Below are positions 1-10,600 of a stretch of 57,872 nt of DNA, in pieces (positions within the stretch are counted from its first letter, which is position 1; each line of letters starts with the position of its first letter). The DNA lies in the IMG/VR virus record IMGVR_UViG_3300032315_000356, positions 1 to 57,872 of that record. One strand, written 5' to 3'. Made by a program: the position numbers and the translations under genes. The notes under the pieces were generated by a model. That model searched no databases and was not told the origin of the DNA. It saw only the letters and a list, made by a program, of their open reading frames with translations. This stretch comes from a virus. Lineage: Duplodnaviria > Caudoviricetes.

Positions 1-420
1 GTAACAACTGCGGCACAACCAAATATCACTTCAGTGGGTACACTAACAGCACTGGGTGTAAATGGTACAGTAACAGCAGTAGCATTCACTGCCAATACAG
101 GTGTGTTCACAGGTAATGGCAGTGGATTAAGTGCTATAGCAGGTGCTAATGTTACCGGTACTGTCTCAAGTGCTACCACAGCAGGTACTGTAACAACTGC
201 GGCACAACCCAACATCACTTCTGTGGGTACATTAACATCACTGGGAGTCAACGGTACAGTAACAGCAGTAGCATTCACCGCTAATACAGGTGTGTTCACG
301 GGTAATGGCAGTGGATTAAGTGCTATAGCAGGTGCTAATGTTACCGGTACTGTCTCAAGTGCTACCACAGCAGGTACTGTAACTACAGCAGCACAACCCA
401 ACATCACATCAGTCGGTACT
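1..420 (+). repeat. 189-bp (63-aa) tandem repeat, about 2.2 copies visible
   Basis: Units begin gtaacaactgcggcacaacc at 1 and 190, and gtaactacagcagcacaacc at 379. Copies are near-identical. Confidence 0.95.
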
Positions 421-1080
421 TTGTCAACTGCAACAATCACGACTGGTAACATTACTACCATCAACAGTGGATTATTGCAGAACGGCAACTCAAACGTAAC
501 TATAACAGCAAACGGAAACGTTACACTAAATGCAGTTGGTGGAGCAAGAATCATTGCTACCTCAACCGGAGCTAACATTACCGGTACATTGGGTGTATCA
601 GGTAACTTAACTGCTGGTAACTTGATTGGTCCTTATGCAAATGGCAACTCGAACGTCAACATGCCAGCAGCCAACGGCAATATCAACATGTCTGTTGCCG
701 GTAACGCTAACGTTCTTGTTGTCACTGGTACCGGTATTAGCTCGACCCGCATTAATCCACGTATCGGTGCAATCGCTTCGGCTGCTACTATCACACCAAC
801 CGGTGACACATCTGATCAATATGAGGTAACCGCCCTTGCAACGGCTGCAACTATAGCTATACCAAGTGGAACTCCTGTTAACGGACAAAAACTAACAATA
901 CGAATTGATGATAACGGCACGGCACGGGCATTGACATGGACTACATCTGCCGGTGGTTATCGGGCTATAGGTACAACACTGCCAACAACTACCGTAATTT
1001 CTAAAACAGTCTACATCGGATGCATATATAATTCTACTGCTGGATTTTGGGATGTAATTGCTGTAGCGCAGCAGGCTTAG
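1..1080 (+). CDS. Tail fibre-like protein, 5' truncated by the window edge
   Basis: Frame is open from base 1. Thr/Ala/Gly/Asn-rich repeats (AQPNITSVGTL, NGNSNV) and a C-terminal globular tip domain (IPSGTPVNGQKLTIRIDDNGTARALTW...WDVIAVAQQA). Confidence 0.8.
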   Translation, partial: VTTAAQPNITSVGTLTALGVNGTVTAVAFTANTGVFTGNGSGLSAIAGANVTGTVSSATTAGTVTTAAQPNITSVGTLTSLGVNGTVTAVAFTANTGVFTGNGSGLSAIAGANVTGTVSSATTAGTVTTAAQPNITSVGTLSTATITTGNITTINSGLLQNGNSNVTITANGNVTLNAVGGARIIATSTGANITGTLGVSGNLTAGNLIGPYANGNSNVNMPAANGNINMSVAGNANVLVVTGTGISSTRINPRIGAIASAATITPTGDTSDQYEVTALATAATIAIPSGTPVNGQKLTIRIDDNGTARALTWTTSAGGYRAIGTTLPTTTVISKTVYIGCIYNSTAGFWDVIAVAQQA

Positions 1081-1095
1081 ATATGAGGAATAAAC

Positions 1096-1293
1096 ATGAC
1101 TGAATATATTTCAACTAGATGCGCTGTCTGTCAGCTTTCAGATGGATTAGTGATCAATATCATTGTTGCTGCCCCGTCTGATCTTTGGCCGGATGATTGC
1201 CAGATCATCGAGATCATGTCAGGACAAAAATGCGGCATCGGATGGTATTGGAATGGCATCGAGTTTGCTGCAACACCAACTGGAGCTGAATAA
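1096..1293 (+). CDS. Small tail-fibre-associated protein
   Basis: SD gagga upstream; DGLVINIIVA...GIGWYWNG motif seen in small genes next to fibres; TAATG coupling to the next gene. Confidence 0.6.
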   Translation: MTEYISTRCAVCQLSDGLVINIIVAAPSDLWPDDCQIIEIMSGQKCGIGWYWNGIEFAATPTGAE

Positions 1294-2303
1294 TGCCTAC
1301 GATAAAACTTACTTCTGGCACAACTTGGACTATACCAGCTGACATCACTGCCTCGACTGTGGTTACCGTTATTTGTATCGGCGGCGGCGGCGCCGGAAAA
1401 GACGCCGGCGTCGGCTTCATGTACGGTGGCGGCGGCGGCGGGGCGTTTTCTCTTACTACAGTTACAGGTCTTACCGGGGGCGGAACAGCATACATACAGA
1501 TCGGTTTCGGCGGACTCTCTGACGAGGTTGGGACAGGTGGCGACACTTGGTTTAATAAAGCTGCCAATAGTGCTCCTGGTCTTACTACAGATGGCGCTCT
1601 GGCTAAGGGCGGTTCTGCCCCAACCGGCACAGGCGGCGCGGCAGGTGGCGCCGCTGGATCAGGAGTCGGCACTACAAAATATAGCGGAGGTGCTGGCGGT
1701 AGTGCAGCACTTTCTAGCAGTTCGGGCGGAGGTGGAGGAGGAGGATCAGCCGCCTCCAATCTTGGTAATGGCTTCGCCGGCGGCGCCACAATTGCTGGAA
1801 TTAGAACGGGAGGATCGGGCGGCGGCGGAGTACGTTCTGTCGGTGGAGCACCGGTCACCCAAACTGGTGGCACTGGCGGCAACGGATATCCAAACAATGC
1901 CGGCGGCGCAGGCGGCACCGGCGTCTTCCCTGGTGGTGATGGTACAACCGGTGCCGGCGGCGGGGGCGGCGGAGCATCTGGCTCCATCAACGAGACCGGC
2001 ACCGACGGCGGCGAAGGCGGCCTGGGTGCTGAATATACTATTACCGCAGGTGGAACAGCGGGTGCCGGCGGCGGCGGCGGCGGCGGGGCGGGCGCCGGCG
2101 CGACGATATCTGGCAATTTCATCTTTGGGGGCAACGGCCGGGATGGCGGAGTGGGCGGCGGCGGCGGCGGGTCCGGTGGCTCGATCAATTCTGAAGGCGA
2201 CGGCACCTGCAATGGCGGGTTCGGCGGCAACGGCGGCAATGGATTGATTATAATCGAATATACACCAAGTTTAAATTCTGGCAATTTCTTCATGATGTTT
2301 TAA
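1293..2303 (+). CDS. Glycine-rich putative adhesin / fibre-tip protein
   Basis: Many GGxGG runs, N-terminal TSGTTWTIP...VICIGGGG, C-terminal GGNGLIIIEY. Locally GC-rich. Confidence 0.7.
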   Translation: MPTIKLTSGTTWTIPADITASTVVTVICIGGGGAGKDAGVGFMYGGGGGGAFSLTTVTGLTGGGTAYIQIGFGGLSDEVGTGGDTWFNKAANSAPGLTTDGALAKGGSAPTGTGGAAGGAAGSGVGTTKYSGGAGGSAALSSSSGGGGGGGSAASNLGNGFAGGATIAGIRTGGSGGGGVRSVGGAPVTQTGGTGGNGYPNNAGGAGGTGVFPGGDGTTGAGGGGGGASGSINETGTDGGEGGLGAEYTITAGGTAGAGGGGGGGAGAGATISGNFIFGGNGRDGGVGGGGGGSGGSINSEGDGTCNGGFGGNGGNGLIIIEYTPSLNSGNFFMMF

Positions 2304-2335
2304 TACCTGCGATTTGTTTTTAAGATAGTATATTG

Positions 2336-2779
2336 ATGAATGTGTTCTTGTCTGATTATTACATTAGGCTCCGAAATTGGCATGAGTTAAGAACATCATT
2401 GAAAGACTCCGATATACAAACTATATGCGTTGAGGTCGACAAGTTTTGGCAAAAATGCCCAATGAGTAATCATTATCTGCATCCGGCAGACATAGAAGAT
2501 TGGCCCGATCCATGGAACTTGTTGAATGACAATAACTATTGCGAGTATGCCCGAGCTTTAGGAATGTTATACACATTGATGTTATTGGGCGTACAGGACA
2601 TTGACTTTGTGGATGCAATAGACGATAATGCAAATGAAGTTGTATTAGTCATGGTTGACAACGCAAAATATGTAATGAACTGGTGCCCGGAGTCAGTACT
2701 AAATACTGATCTAACAGAATTTAAAATTACAAGGCGTATCGATATAGGTGTGCTAGCAAAGAAAATAGGTAAGATATGA
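2336..2779 (+). CDS. Hypothetical protein, possible transglutaminase-like (BTLCP) fold
   Basis: WPDPWNLL...YCEYARALGMLYTL resembles W.TP.E.L...DCEDYA...L; ATGA overlap with nrdA. Confidence 0.55.
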   Translation: MNVFLSDYYIRLRNWHELRTSLKDSDIQTICVEVDKFWQKCPMSNHYLHPADIEDWPDPWNLLNDNNYCEYARALGMLYTLMLLGVQDIDFVDAIDDNANEVVLVMVDNAKYVMNWCPESVLNTDLTEFKITRRIDIGVLAKKIGKI

Positions 2780-5097
2780 TTAGTATTATAAAGAGAAACG
2801 GTAAGTCAGAACCGTTGTCATTGGAAAAATGGCAAGCGCAAATCACGAAAATATGCAAAGGCATCACAGATGTGAGCCAGTCTATGATAGAAATCAAGGC
2901 TTCTCCTCAATTTTATGACGGCATCACTACGCAAGAAATTGATGAACTTACTCTTCGTGCCATCGTAGACTTGATTGACGTTGAATCGAACCCAGATATC
3001 GGTAATACTAACTATCAATATGTAGCGGGAAAACAAAGACTTTCTATGCTCAGGAAGTCAGTTTACGGGCAGTATACTCCTCCTCATCTATATGAGATCG
3101 TCAAAAAGAATATAGCTACAGGTCTCTACACTCCAGAACTTCTTGAATGGTATTCAGAAGATGACTGGAACAAGATGAATGATATCATTGATCATGCCAA
3201 AGACGAAACATATGCATATGCAGCAGTAGAACAACTAGTTGAAAAATATCTAGTCCGAAATCGTGCTACTAAAGAGATTTACGAGACACCCCAAGTAAGA
3301 TACATGGTCGCTGCTGCGACTGTATTCCACAGAGAAGAACCTAACAATGCAAGAATGAAGTACATCAAGGACTACTATCATGCTGCGTCCGACGGATTAT
3401 TCACATTAGCAACACCTGTTCTTGCTGGATTGGGTACACCAACTAAGCAGTTTTCAAGCTGTGTTCTTATTCGCAGTGACGATGACCTTGACAGTATCTT
3501 TGCGTCAGGTGAGATGATGGCCAAATATGCTAGTAAACGTGCTGGTATCGGTCTTGAGATTGGAAGGCTTCGCCCCCTCGGTTCGCCTATTCGCGGCGGC
3601 GAGATCATGCATACTGGTATGATTCCGTTTCTAAAGAAGTGGTTCGGTGATTTACGGTCTTGCTCGCAAGGTGGAATCCGCAATGCCTCAGCAACCATTT
3701 TTTACCCAATCTGGCATTATCAGTTTGATGATCTTATCGTATTGAAGAATAACCAAGGTACAGAAGAGACACGTGTCCGTCATATGGATTATGGGGTTGT
3801 ATTGTCTGCATTCTTCTGGCGCCGGTTTAAGAATAAGCAAAACATTACCTTCTTTGATCCAAACGAAGTACCAGACCTGTACGAAGCATTCTACAAGAAC
3901 ACACCACTGTTTGAAGAACTATATGTAAAGTACGAGAAGCGTAAGGACCTTCGCAAGAAGACTATGAATGCTGAAGAAGTATTCAAGGGCGGAATCCTCA
4001 AAGAACGCACTGACACTGGTCGTATCTATCTTGTCTTCATTGATAATGTCATGAACCAGGGCCCGTTTGATCCTGAATATCACACGATCTATCAATCTAA
4101 CCTTTGCGTTGAGATATTGCTACCAACAAAGCCATTCAAGCGTCTTGATGACCCTGCTGGCCGAATAGCGTTGTGTACCTTAGGTAGCATGAACTGGGGT
4201 GCGTTTAAACATCCAGAAGAAATGCGTCGTGCATGTCGTTTGTTGCATCGCAGTTTGAACAACATCCTAGATTATCAAGATTTCTTGTCAATCCAATCAC
4301 ATTTGTCTAACGAAGAGATCAGACCAATCGGTATCGGGGTGACAAATCTCGCATACTGGCATGCAAAGCGTGGCTACAAGTACGGCGAAGCGGATGCACT
4401 ACAAGATGTCAAGTCATGGGCGGAACATCAGACCTATTATTTGATGCAAGCTAATGTTGAACTCGCTAAAGAGCGTGGAAAATGTTTAGACAGTGACAAA
4501 ACACGATATGGTCAAGGTATCTTCTCATGGGAACTAAGAGCAAAAGGATCAAATGATCTTGCTGACTTCTCTCCTGAACTTGATTGGGAAACTGTAAGAA
4601 AAGAAATGTTGATCTATGGTGTGCGTAACTCTACAGTAGGTGCGGTTGCTCCAGTTGAGTCGTCGTCTGTTGCTATCAACTCTACAAATGGTATCGCATT
4701 GCCCATGAACTTGATCACTATCAAGGAATCTAAAGCAGGTGCATTCGTTCAGGTCGTTCCTGAATATCATAACGCAAGGGTTCGCAAGAACTATCAACTT
4801 ATGTGGGAGCAAACTGACTGTATCGGTTATCTAAAGACCTCAGCGGTACTGGCAGCATATATGGATCAGTCAATCTCTACTGACACATTCTACAATCCAG
4901 CACACTTCCCTGATCGCAAAGTCCCCGCTACACTGATTGCAAAGAACTTGATGCTCGCACATCATTATGGACTCAAGACACTTTATTACAGTCTCGTGTG
5001 TAAGCAAGGATCGAAAGAAGAAGCCGACGACATGCCTGTCATGTTAGATCCTATCGACTTTGATGACGAATCTGATTGTGACTCGTGTAAGTTATGA
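2776..5097 (+). CDS. nrdA: Ribonucleoside-diphosphate reductase class I alpha subunit
   Basis: N-terminal ATP cone (IIKRNG), FSSCVL, SNLCVEI, TLYY, C-terminal CDSC. Confidence 0.97.
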   Translation: MISIIKRNGKSEPLSLEKWQAQITKICKGITDVSQSMIEIKASPQFYDGITTQEIDELTLRAIVDLIDVESNPDIGNTNYQYVAGKQRLSMLRKSVYGQYTPPHLYEIVKKNIATGLYTPELLEWYSEDDWNKMNDIIDHAKDETYAYAAVEQLVEKYLVRNRATKEIYETPQVRYMVAAATVFHREEPNNARMKYIKDYYHAASDGLFTLATPVLAGLGTPTKQFSSCVLIRSDDDLDSIFASGEMMAKYASKRAGIGLEIGRLRPLGSPIRGGEIMHTGMIPFLKKWFGDLRSCSQGGIRNASATIFYPIWHYQFDDLIVLKNNQGTEETRVRHMDYGVVLSAFFWRRFKNKQNITFFDPNEVPDLYEAFYKNTPLFEELYVKYEKRKDLRKKTMNAEEVFKGGILKERTDTGRIYLVFIDNVMNQGPFDPEYHTIYQSNLCVEILLPTKPFKRLDDPAGRIALCTLGSMNWGAFKHPEEMRRACRLLHRSLNNILDYQDFLSIQSHLSNEEIRPIGIGVTNLAYWHAKRGYKYGEADALQDVKSWAEHQTYYLMQANVELAKERGKCLDSDKTRYGQGIFSWELRAKGSNDLADFSPELDWETVRKEMLIYGVRNSTVGAVAPVESSSVAINSTNGIALPMNLITIKESKAGAFVQVVPEYHNARVRKNYQLMWEQTDCIGYLKTSAVLAAYMDQSISTDTFYNPAHFPDRKVPATLIAKNLMLAHHYGLKTLYYSLVCKQGSKEEADDMPVMLDPIDFDDESDCDSCKL

Positions 5098-5291
5098 CCA
5101 CTAATAGAACCGACTTTAATGAGACTTGGTTGGCAGAAATGTCACGAGGATTAGGTACATTTCCTATGTATGATACTATTAAGTATAGTATAGGAGTACG
5201 CATCGGAGTTGCAGCAGAGACGACTAGAGGCCACGATGAGCGTTGGTTTAAAGATTTAGCCAGAACTATTATCAAACTATTGAGAGATTAA
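5094..5291 (+). CDS. Small hypothetical protein
   Basis: ATGA overlap with the nrdA stop; fills the gap to the next gene. Confidence 0.5.
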   Translation: MTTNRTDFNETWLAEMSRGLGTFPMYDTIKYSIGVRIGVAAETTRGHDERWFKDLARTIIKLLRD

Positions 5292-5293
5292 CA

Positions 5294-5914
5294 ATGTTAG
5301 AAACAATCTGTGACATCCTAGTGGATGCATATAAACGCAACTGGATCACTAGTCGAGACGGCAACATCTCGATTAGACATCATGATCGCGACCACTTTTA
5401 CATTACACCTAGTGGGGTTCGCAAACAAACATTACAGCCGGATCAGTTCAAGAAGCTGCTGATAAACGGAGAACAGTGGGAAGACATGCCCTACACTACT
5501 ATCAGTAAGAACCTAATACCAAGTGGTGAAGTGCCTTTACACTTTGGATTGCAAAAGCAACTGGGTCAGCACAAAGATGATATTCGCGTGATTGTTCACC
5601 TTCATCCTACTTACTGTGTTGCAGCAATGCATGCCGGAATAGAACTAAGTGAACTAGTCAAACATTTTCCTGAACTAAGTAGATATACTACAGTTGGTAA
5701 AAATGTCGGGGAAGTTCCTCCTATTAGTCAGCATCTTGCCGATGAATGTTTTAAGTCCTTTAATCTTGACGCCGACGGTAATATCGACTATGATATAATT
5801 GGAATCAAGGGCCATGGTGTTGTCGCAATTGCTAACACACCATGGAGAGCCTATGAACACATTGAGCGGTTAGAACATATCTGCCATATCGTACTTGCTA
5901 GTGGGAATTATTAA
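5294..5914 (+). CDS. Class II aldolase/adducin family protein
   Basis: DGNISIR, FYITPSG, PSGE..LH, VHLHPTY and GHGVVA Zn-binding motifs. Confidence 0.9.
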   Translation: MLETICDILVDAYKRNWITSRDGNISIRHHDRDHFYITPSGVRKQTLQPDQFKKLLINGEQWEDMPYTTISKNLIPSGEVPLHFGLQKQLGQHKDDIRVIVHLHPTYCVAAMHAGIELSELVKHFPELSRYTTVGKNVGEVPPISQHLADECFKSFNLDADGNIDYDIIGIKGHGVVAIANTPWRAYEHIERLEHICHIVLASGNY

Positions 5915-7008
5915 TGTCTAAAGATCAATATAATATAAGCGAAGTCCCTAACTATCTAAAACGAAAGATGTTTTTGGATGGGGTAGTGACTGTTCAGCGA
6001 TTTGAAGAATACCGCCAGCCCAAACTTGCAAAGTTTGAGGAAATGCAACGTGGATTCTTTTGGATTTCCGAAGAAATTAACTTATCTAAGGATGCGAACG
6101 ACTTCAAGGAAGCAAGTGATACGGTACGCCATATTTTCACTAGTAACTTACTAAGGCAAACCGCACTTGATAGTATTCAGGGCCGCGCACCGGTTCAAAT
6201 CTTTTCACCCGTTGCGTCAATTCCGGAGCTAGAGTCATTGGTATTGATATGGTCGTCGTTTGAAACTAACATTCACTCGCGCGCATATTCACACATTATC
6301 CGTAACATCTACAATGTGCCAAAAGAAGTATTCAATACGATTCACGATACCAAAGAGATCATCGATATGGCTGCTAGTGTAGGTGACTATTACGAGAGAT
6401 TGCATATTCTTAATTGCAAGAAAGAACTTGGTATTGAAGTACCAGAGCAAGAACATATCAATGCAATTTGGTTAGCACTTCATGCGTCATACGCGCTTGA
6501 AGCTTTCCGCTTCATGGTTTCGTTTGCTACTTCACTTGCAATGGTAGAGAACAAGATTTTTATGGGCAATGGCGCAATTATTTCATTAATACTAAATGAT
6601 GAGTTGCTTCACAAAGAGTGGACGGCATGGATGATCAATCAGGTTGTCAAAGAAGATAGTCGTTTTGTTATTGCTAAGACAGAATGTGAACAAGAAGTCC
6701 GCAAGATTTATGAAGATGTCATTCGTGAAGAAAAAGAATGGGCTATGTATCTTTTCAAGAAGGGCCCGGTAATCGGCCTCAACGAGCGCATCATGATTGA
6801 TTTCGTAGACTTCAATGCGGTAGATGCACTTAAGCAGATTGGAATCAAGTACTGGAACCCATCTTCAAAGACGACTCCTATTCCCTGGTTTAATAAGCAT
6901 ATGGACACTTCCAAGAAGCAGTCGGCCCTGCAAGAAGCAGAATCGGTTAGTTATGTTATTGGAGCTATGACGGCTGAGTTAGATTATGACCAATTGCCAA
7001 ATTTGTGA
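5914..7008 (+). CDS. nrdB: Ribonucleoside-diphosphate reductase class I beta subunit
   Basis: QTALDSIQGR, IHSRAYSHIIRNI, LEAFRFMVSF, DELLH and C-terminal QEAESVSY. Confidence 0.96.
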   Translation: MSKDQYNISEVPNYLKRKMFLDGVVTVQRFEEYRQPKLAKFEEMQRGFFWISEEINLSKDANDFKEASDTVRHIFTSNLLRQTALDSIQGRAPVQIFSPVASIPELESLVLIWSSFETNIHSRAYSHIIRNIYNVPKEVFNTIHDTKEIIDMAASVGDYYERLHILNCKKELGIEVPEQEHINAIWLALHASYALEAFRFMVSFATSLAMVENKIFMGNGAIISLILNDELLHKEWTAWMINQVVKEDSRFVIAKTECEQEVRKIYEDVIREEKEWAMYLFKKGPVIGLNERIMIDFVDFNAVDALKQIGIKYWNPSSKTTPIPWFNKHMDTSKKQSALQEAESVSYVIGAMTAELDYDQLPNL

Positions 7009-7069
7009 CCGTAGTTATTAAAATGTCGCCGTTAATATTACGATAAGTATTGATGTATAAGGAGAAAAA

Positions 7070-7303
7070 ATGAACGCAATTATCTGGTCACGAGACAACT
7101 GTCCTTACTGTATACAGGCTAAAACACTTCTAGAACAGAAGGGCATCGAGTATGAAGAACGAAAGATTGGGGAAGGCTATACTAGAGAAGATTTATTAGA
7201 AGTGGCGCCGCGCGCCCGAACCGTACCGCAGATTTTCCTTAATGGTGAACTGATCGGCGGATTCACAGAACTTAGAGCTAAATTTTTAGCAGAAGCAGCA
7301 TAA
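7070..7303 (+). CDS. Glutaredoxin
   Basis: CPYC, TVPQIF and IGGF motifs; SD aaggag. Confidence 0.95.
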   Translation: MNAIIWSRDNCPYCIQAKTLLEQKGIEYEERKIGEGYTREDLLEVAPRARTVPQIFLNGELIGGFTELRAKFLAEAA

Positions 7304-7315
7304 AGGAAATATATT

Positions 7316-7615
7316 ATGAAAATCACGGTCGGGGATGTATGGACATTCAAGATGAATAGCGGTGAAGAAATTATCGCTAAAGTAAGTAAAGTAGAAGACA
7401 CTGAAGTCCTTTTACATCAACCGGTTTCGGTCGCTCCGGGACCTCAAGGACTAGGATTAGTTCCCAGTCTGTTTACTGCAGGAGTAAAGGCCGAAGTAAG
7501 ACTAAACACTAGTAATATCGCTTTTTATGCGTTGACGGACGACAGTATCAAGGCAAAGTACATCGAAGCAACAACTGGATTAGTGGTGCCTGACAAAAAA
7601 CTCATACTTGGCTAG
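7316..7615 (+). CDS. Conserved phage protein, possible Sm-like fold
   Basis: FKMNSGEEIIAKV N-terminal motif and Y...TTGLVVP C-terminus; SD aagga. Confidence 0.55.
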   Translation: MKITVGDVWTFKMNSGEEIIAKVSKVEDTEVLLHQPVSVAPGPQGLGLVPSLFTAGVKAEVRLNTSNIAFYALTDDSIKAKYIEATTGLVVPDKKLILG

Positions 7616-7633
7616 TGGATAGAGTAAAAGCAT

Positions 7634-10600
7634 ATGGCAGAAACAGGAAAACAGAGCCCATTAGGAATGAACGTATTCGGTCAGTTCCTAAGTAATATTG
7701 GACTAAACGTTAATCCGGTCGCTGCATCGTATATGGGCGCGAGTAAAACTAATGCTTCTTATACACCCGGATCTTTGATCAATCATACAGTATTGCGTTG
7801 TTTGACATATGCGATCAACGACGCCTATCTGAGAGGGGAACCGGGAAATCCTATAAAAACAGCAACGTTGGCAAATTGCATCATTAGTGGAGCAGGATCA
7901 CCGAGCGGAGACATACTTCAAGTTGGGTCGGTGACTTCGGGCAAGGAAGGTAAGATCGAGTTAGGAATGACGCTCAGTGGTACCGGAGTAACTCCCGGTA
8001 CCACTATTATCGGCAACCTAAGTAATAGTGACGGCACAACTAGTGGAAGTAGATGGCTATTAAGTACTAGTTCGACAGTCAGCACCCCTACTCCGATGGT
8101 CGCGACTTTTACTCCCGGCAATACTACAATAACAAATGATACGTATGATCAATTGATCTCTATCGGCAGTGGCACACTTCCAGTATTAGGCAACGCTAAA
8201 CCACCTACATATGTCGCAGAAGATCCTGCAGGCATCTGGACAACCGCAGCAGTAAATTATGGAATTCAAAACGGATATCCGTCGGCATTGCCAGGACCAG
8301 CAACGTCCGGATATGGAATAGAAGGAATAACCCTTCAAGGACAGTCAGCTACTTGGCTTCCGTATAACACTACCAATCCAAACATATCAGTAACACAATG
8401 GGGGTATCTAAGACTTCACGCGTTGCAGGCGTGGAACGAGTTTAATTGGAACAGCGATGAGCCGACAGCAGCTAATCCAAATTATTCAGAGTTCACAAAT
8501 TCGTTCTCTCAAATATCAGGGTGGATCACTCAAGAAAATCAAACAATTTCTATTGCTAGTAACTCTGCTCAGTTCCTTGACGGCGTGTACAGCAATATGA
8601 ATGATTTGATGACAGGAGACATTGCCGGTGTCAACCTCTCATCATTCGAGTTTGGCACTGACTTGATCAATCTAGGTAAAGTTATCGACTTGCAGGATAT
8701 TGAATCGTTTGGATTACCTTCTAACTTGTTGAAGGCAATCACTACGGCTGGCGCCCTAACTAAAGATTTGAGCTTAGCTTTATTAGCAGCGGGTCTAGAC
8801 ATCAACGAGATTCAAGATATCTCTGATGGTACTATTATTACTCCTACTAAACTTCAAGAACAAAAGATTTACGGTGCGTACTTGATCATAACTGGACAAA
8901 ATTTAATTGATGTGCTAGCGCCGCTACAATGCAAGACTCTTGGGTTGACTGCGTTATCAGACTTGCTAGATGTCAAGATGATGTTTCCTATCAGTTATGC
9001 TGCGATGACTGTTCCTATATACAATGCCGATGTAGTCCCTACGAATAGTAAGACCTACTATCTATTGTACGTCGACGGCGCGATCAATATGGCATTGGAC
9101 ACCCCTACTATGAGAACATATGTTGGAATTCAAATTCCAACTAGTGTTCCTTCTACATACGAGAGAGCATTAAATTCAACTAACTACAACGATGTTCCGA
9201 TTGGATTCGGCGCATATCTCAGAGATATCATACCTCTCGATCAGGCGATAGCAGCAGGAGCTTGGTCTTTTGCGATGCGCCAGGTTCGTAACATCAAGTT
9301 TACTGATATCAATCGATTGGGCAAAGCGATCCAAGGATTAGAAAACAACGCTAATCTTCCGTTGACTGCAGGCACTAGCAAACCAACTGCACAAATATCA
9401 ACCGACGCCGCCAATTCAATTACTGCGTTAGGCAGCGGCCCCAATGGCACATATACGATGTCTGATGCATTCGGATGTCTGACAGGCTTACCTTATCCCT
9501 GGGAATTACTGCAAAATAGAATACAAAATGTAAGCACAACCAAACTACATAATATCTACCGAGAAAACTATCTAGCTACCACATGGAGTGAAGCGCAGGT
9601 TACGATAGACTGTGCGACCAGGACTGTTGGTCCTACCACATATTATAGTATAATCGGAATTACAGTTACTGATCCTGGCGGCGGATATGGGCGAGGAAAT
9701 GCCCCAGTCCCTTCTATTACTATTTCGGGAGGTTCGGGTGCTACTGCAATCGTCTCGATCGGGACAGATGATATGGACATGACAACTTTTGGTAAAGTAA
9801 CCACAGTAAGAATAAGTTCTTCCGGTATTGAAACTACGTCATTGCCGACTGCTACGATTGAAGCTCCCCCGATTGGGGCATTACCCGTAACCGTGACAGG
9901 GGAAATTGCCACCGGAGGCACGAATACCATATCAGGTACCGTAGCATGGCCCGATCCTATGAATAGTGTCGTTCAAGGTTATGTCTCACAAGCAAATGCC
10001 GAGATTTCTTCGATCTATCAAAATAATATAGAGCAAAGCGTGTACTTGAATGCATACTGGGATATATGTGGTGCTCAACTAAAACGGGAGCAACGTACTC
10101 GCTATAAGGCATTAACTCCGGTGTCGATCCCAAAGAATTACTTCTCAACATCCTACCCAAACCAATTGTCTAACTTTGTAGACACGCTTCCTGCAGCAGC
10201 GCAAGACACCAGACCGCACATGACTGTGCAAACATTGGAAGCACTTGCCGACTTGAACACCGTCGGTGGACAAAGTTTAGTTGCAATGATGCGAGAATCC
10301 AGAAATCAAACTAGACTCGCATTGGCAGGACTTGAACTAGATAATTCTATTCCGGACACTCCAACTTCAGATAGTCAGAAAGCAGTTACCACGAACGGAA
10401 CAATCGGAGGTGCAGTTGATGGCATCACTAATCTAACTACAGGGACAGACTATACGATACCATCATGGCCCGGTAATATTGATGACGGTGGAAATGTATT
10501 AACTCCTTCCCCGATCGGAACATATAATCCTGATTTACCGAAATATCAACCCACTGCAGGCACTGCACCCGGTGATATCACTGGACCATTGCTAGGGGCC

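Noticed and set aside
1-420. Regular repeats considered as a CRISPR array
   Set aside because: These are in-frame 189-bp coding repeats without unique spacers, and no cas genes are present.
1214-2293. 359-aa Pro-rich minus-strand ORF and the 273-aa alternative plus-frame ORF (1426-2247)
   Set aside because: Shadows of the GGC-rich glycine gene, which has few stop codons in other frames.
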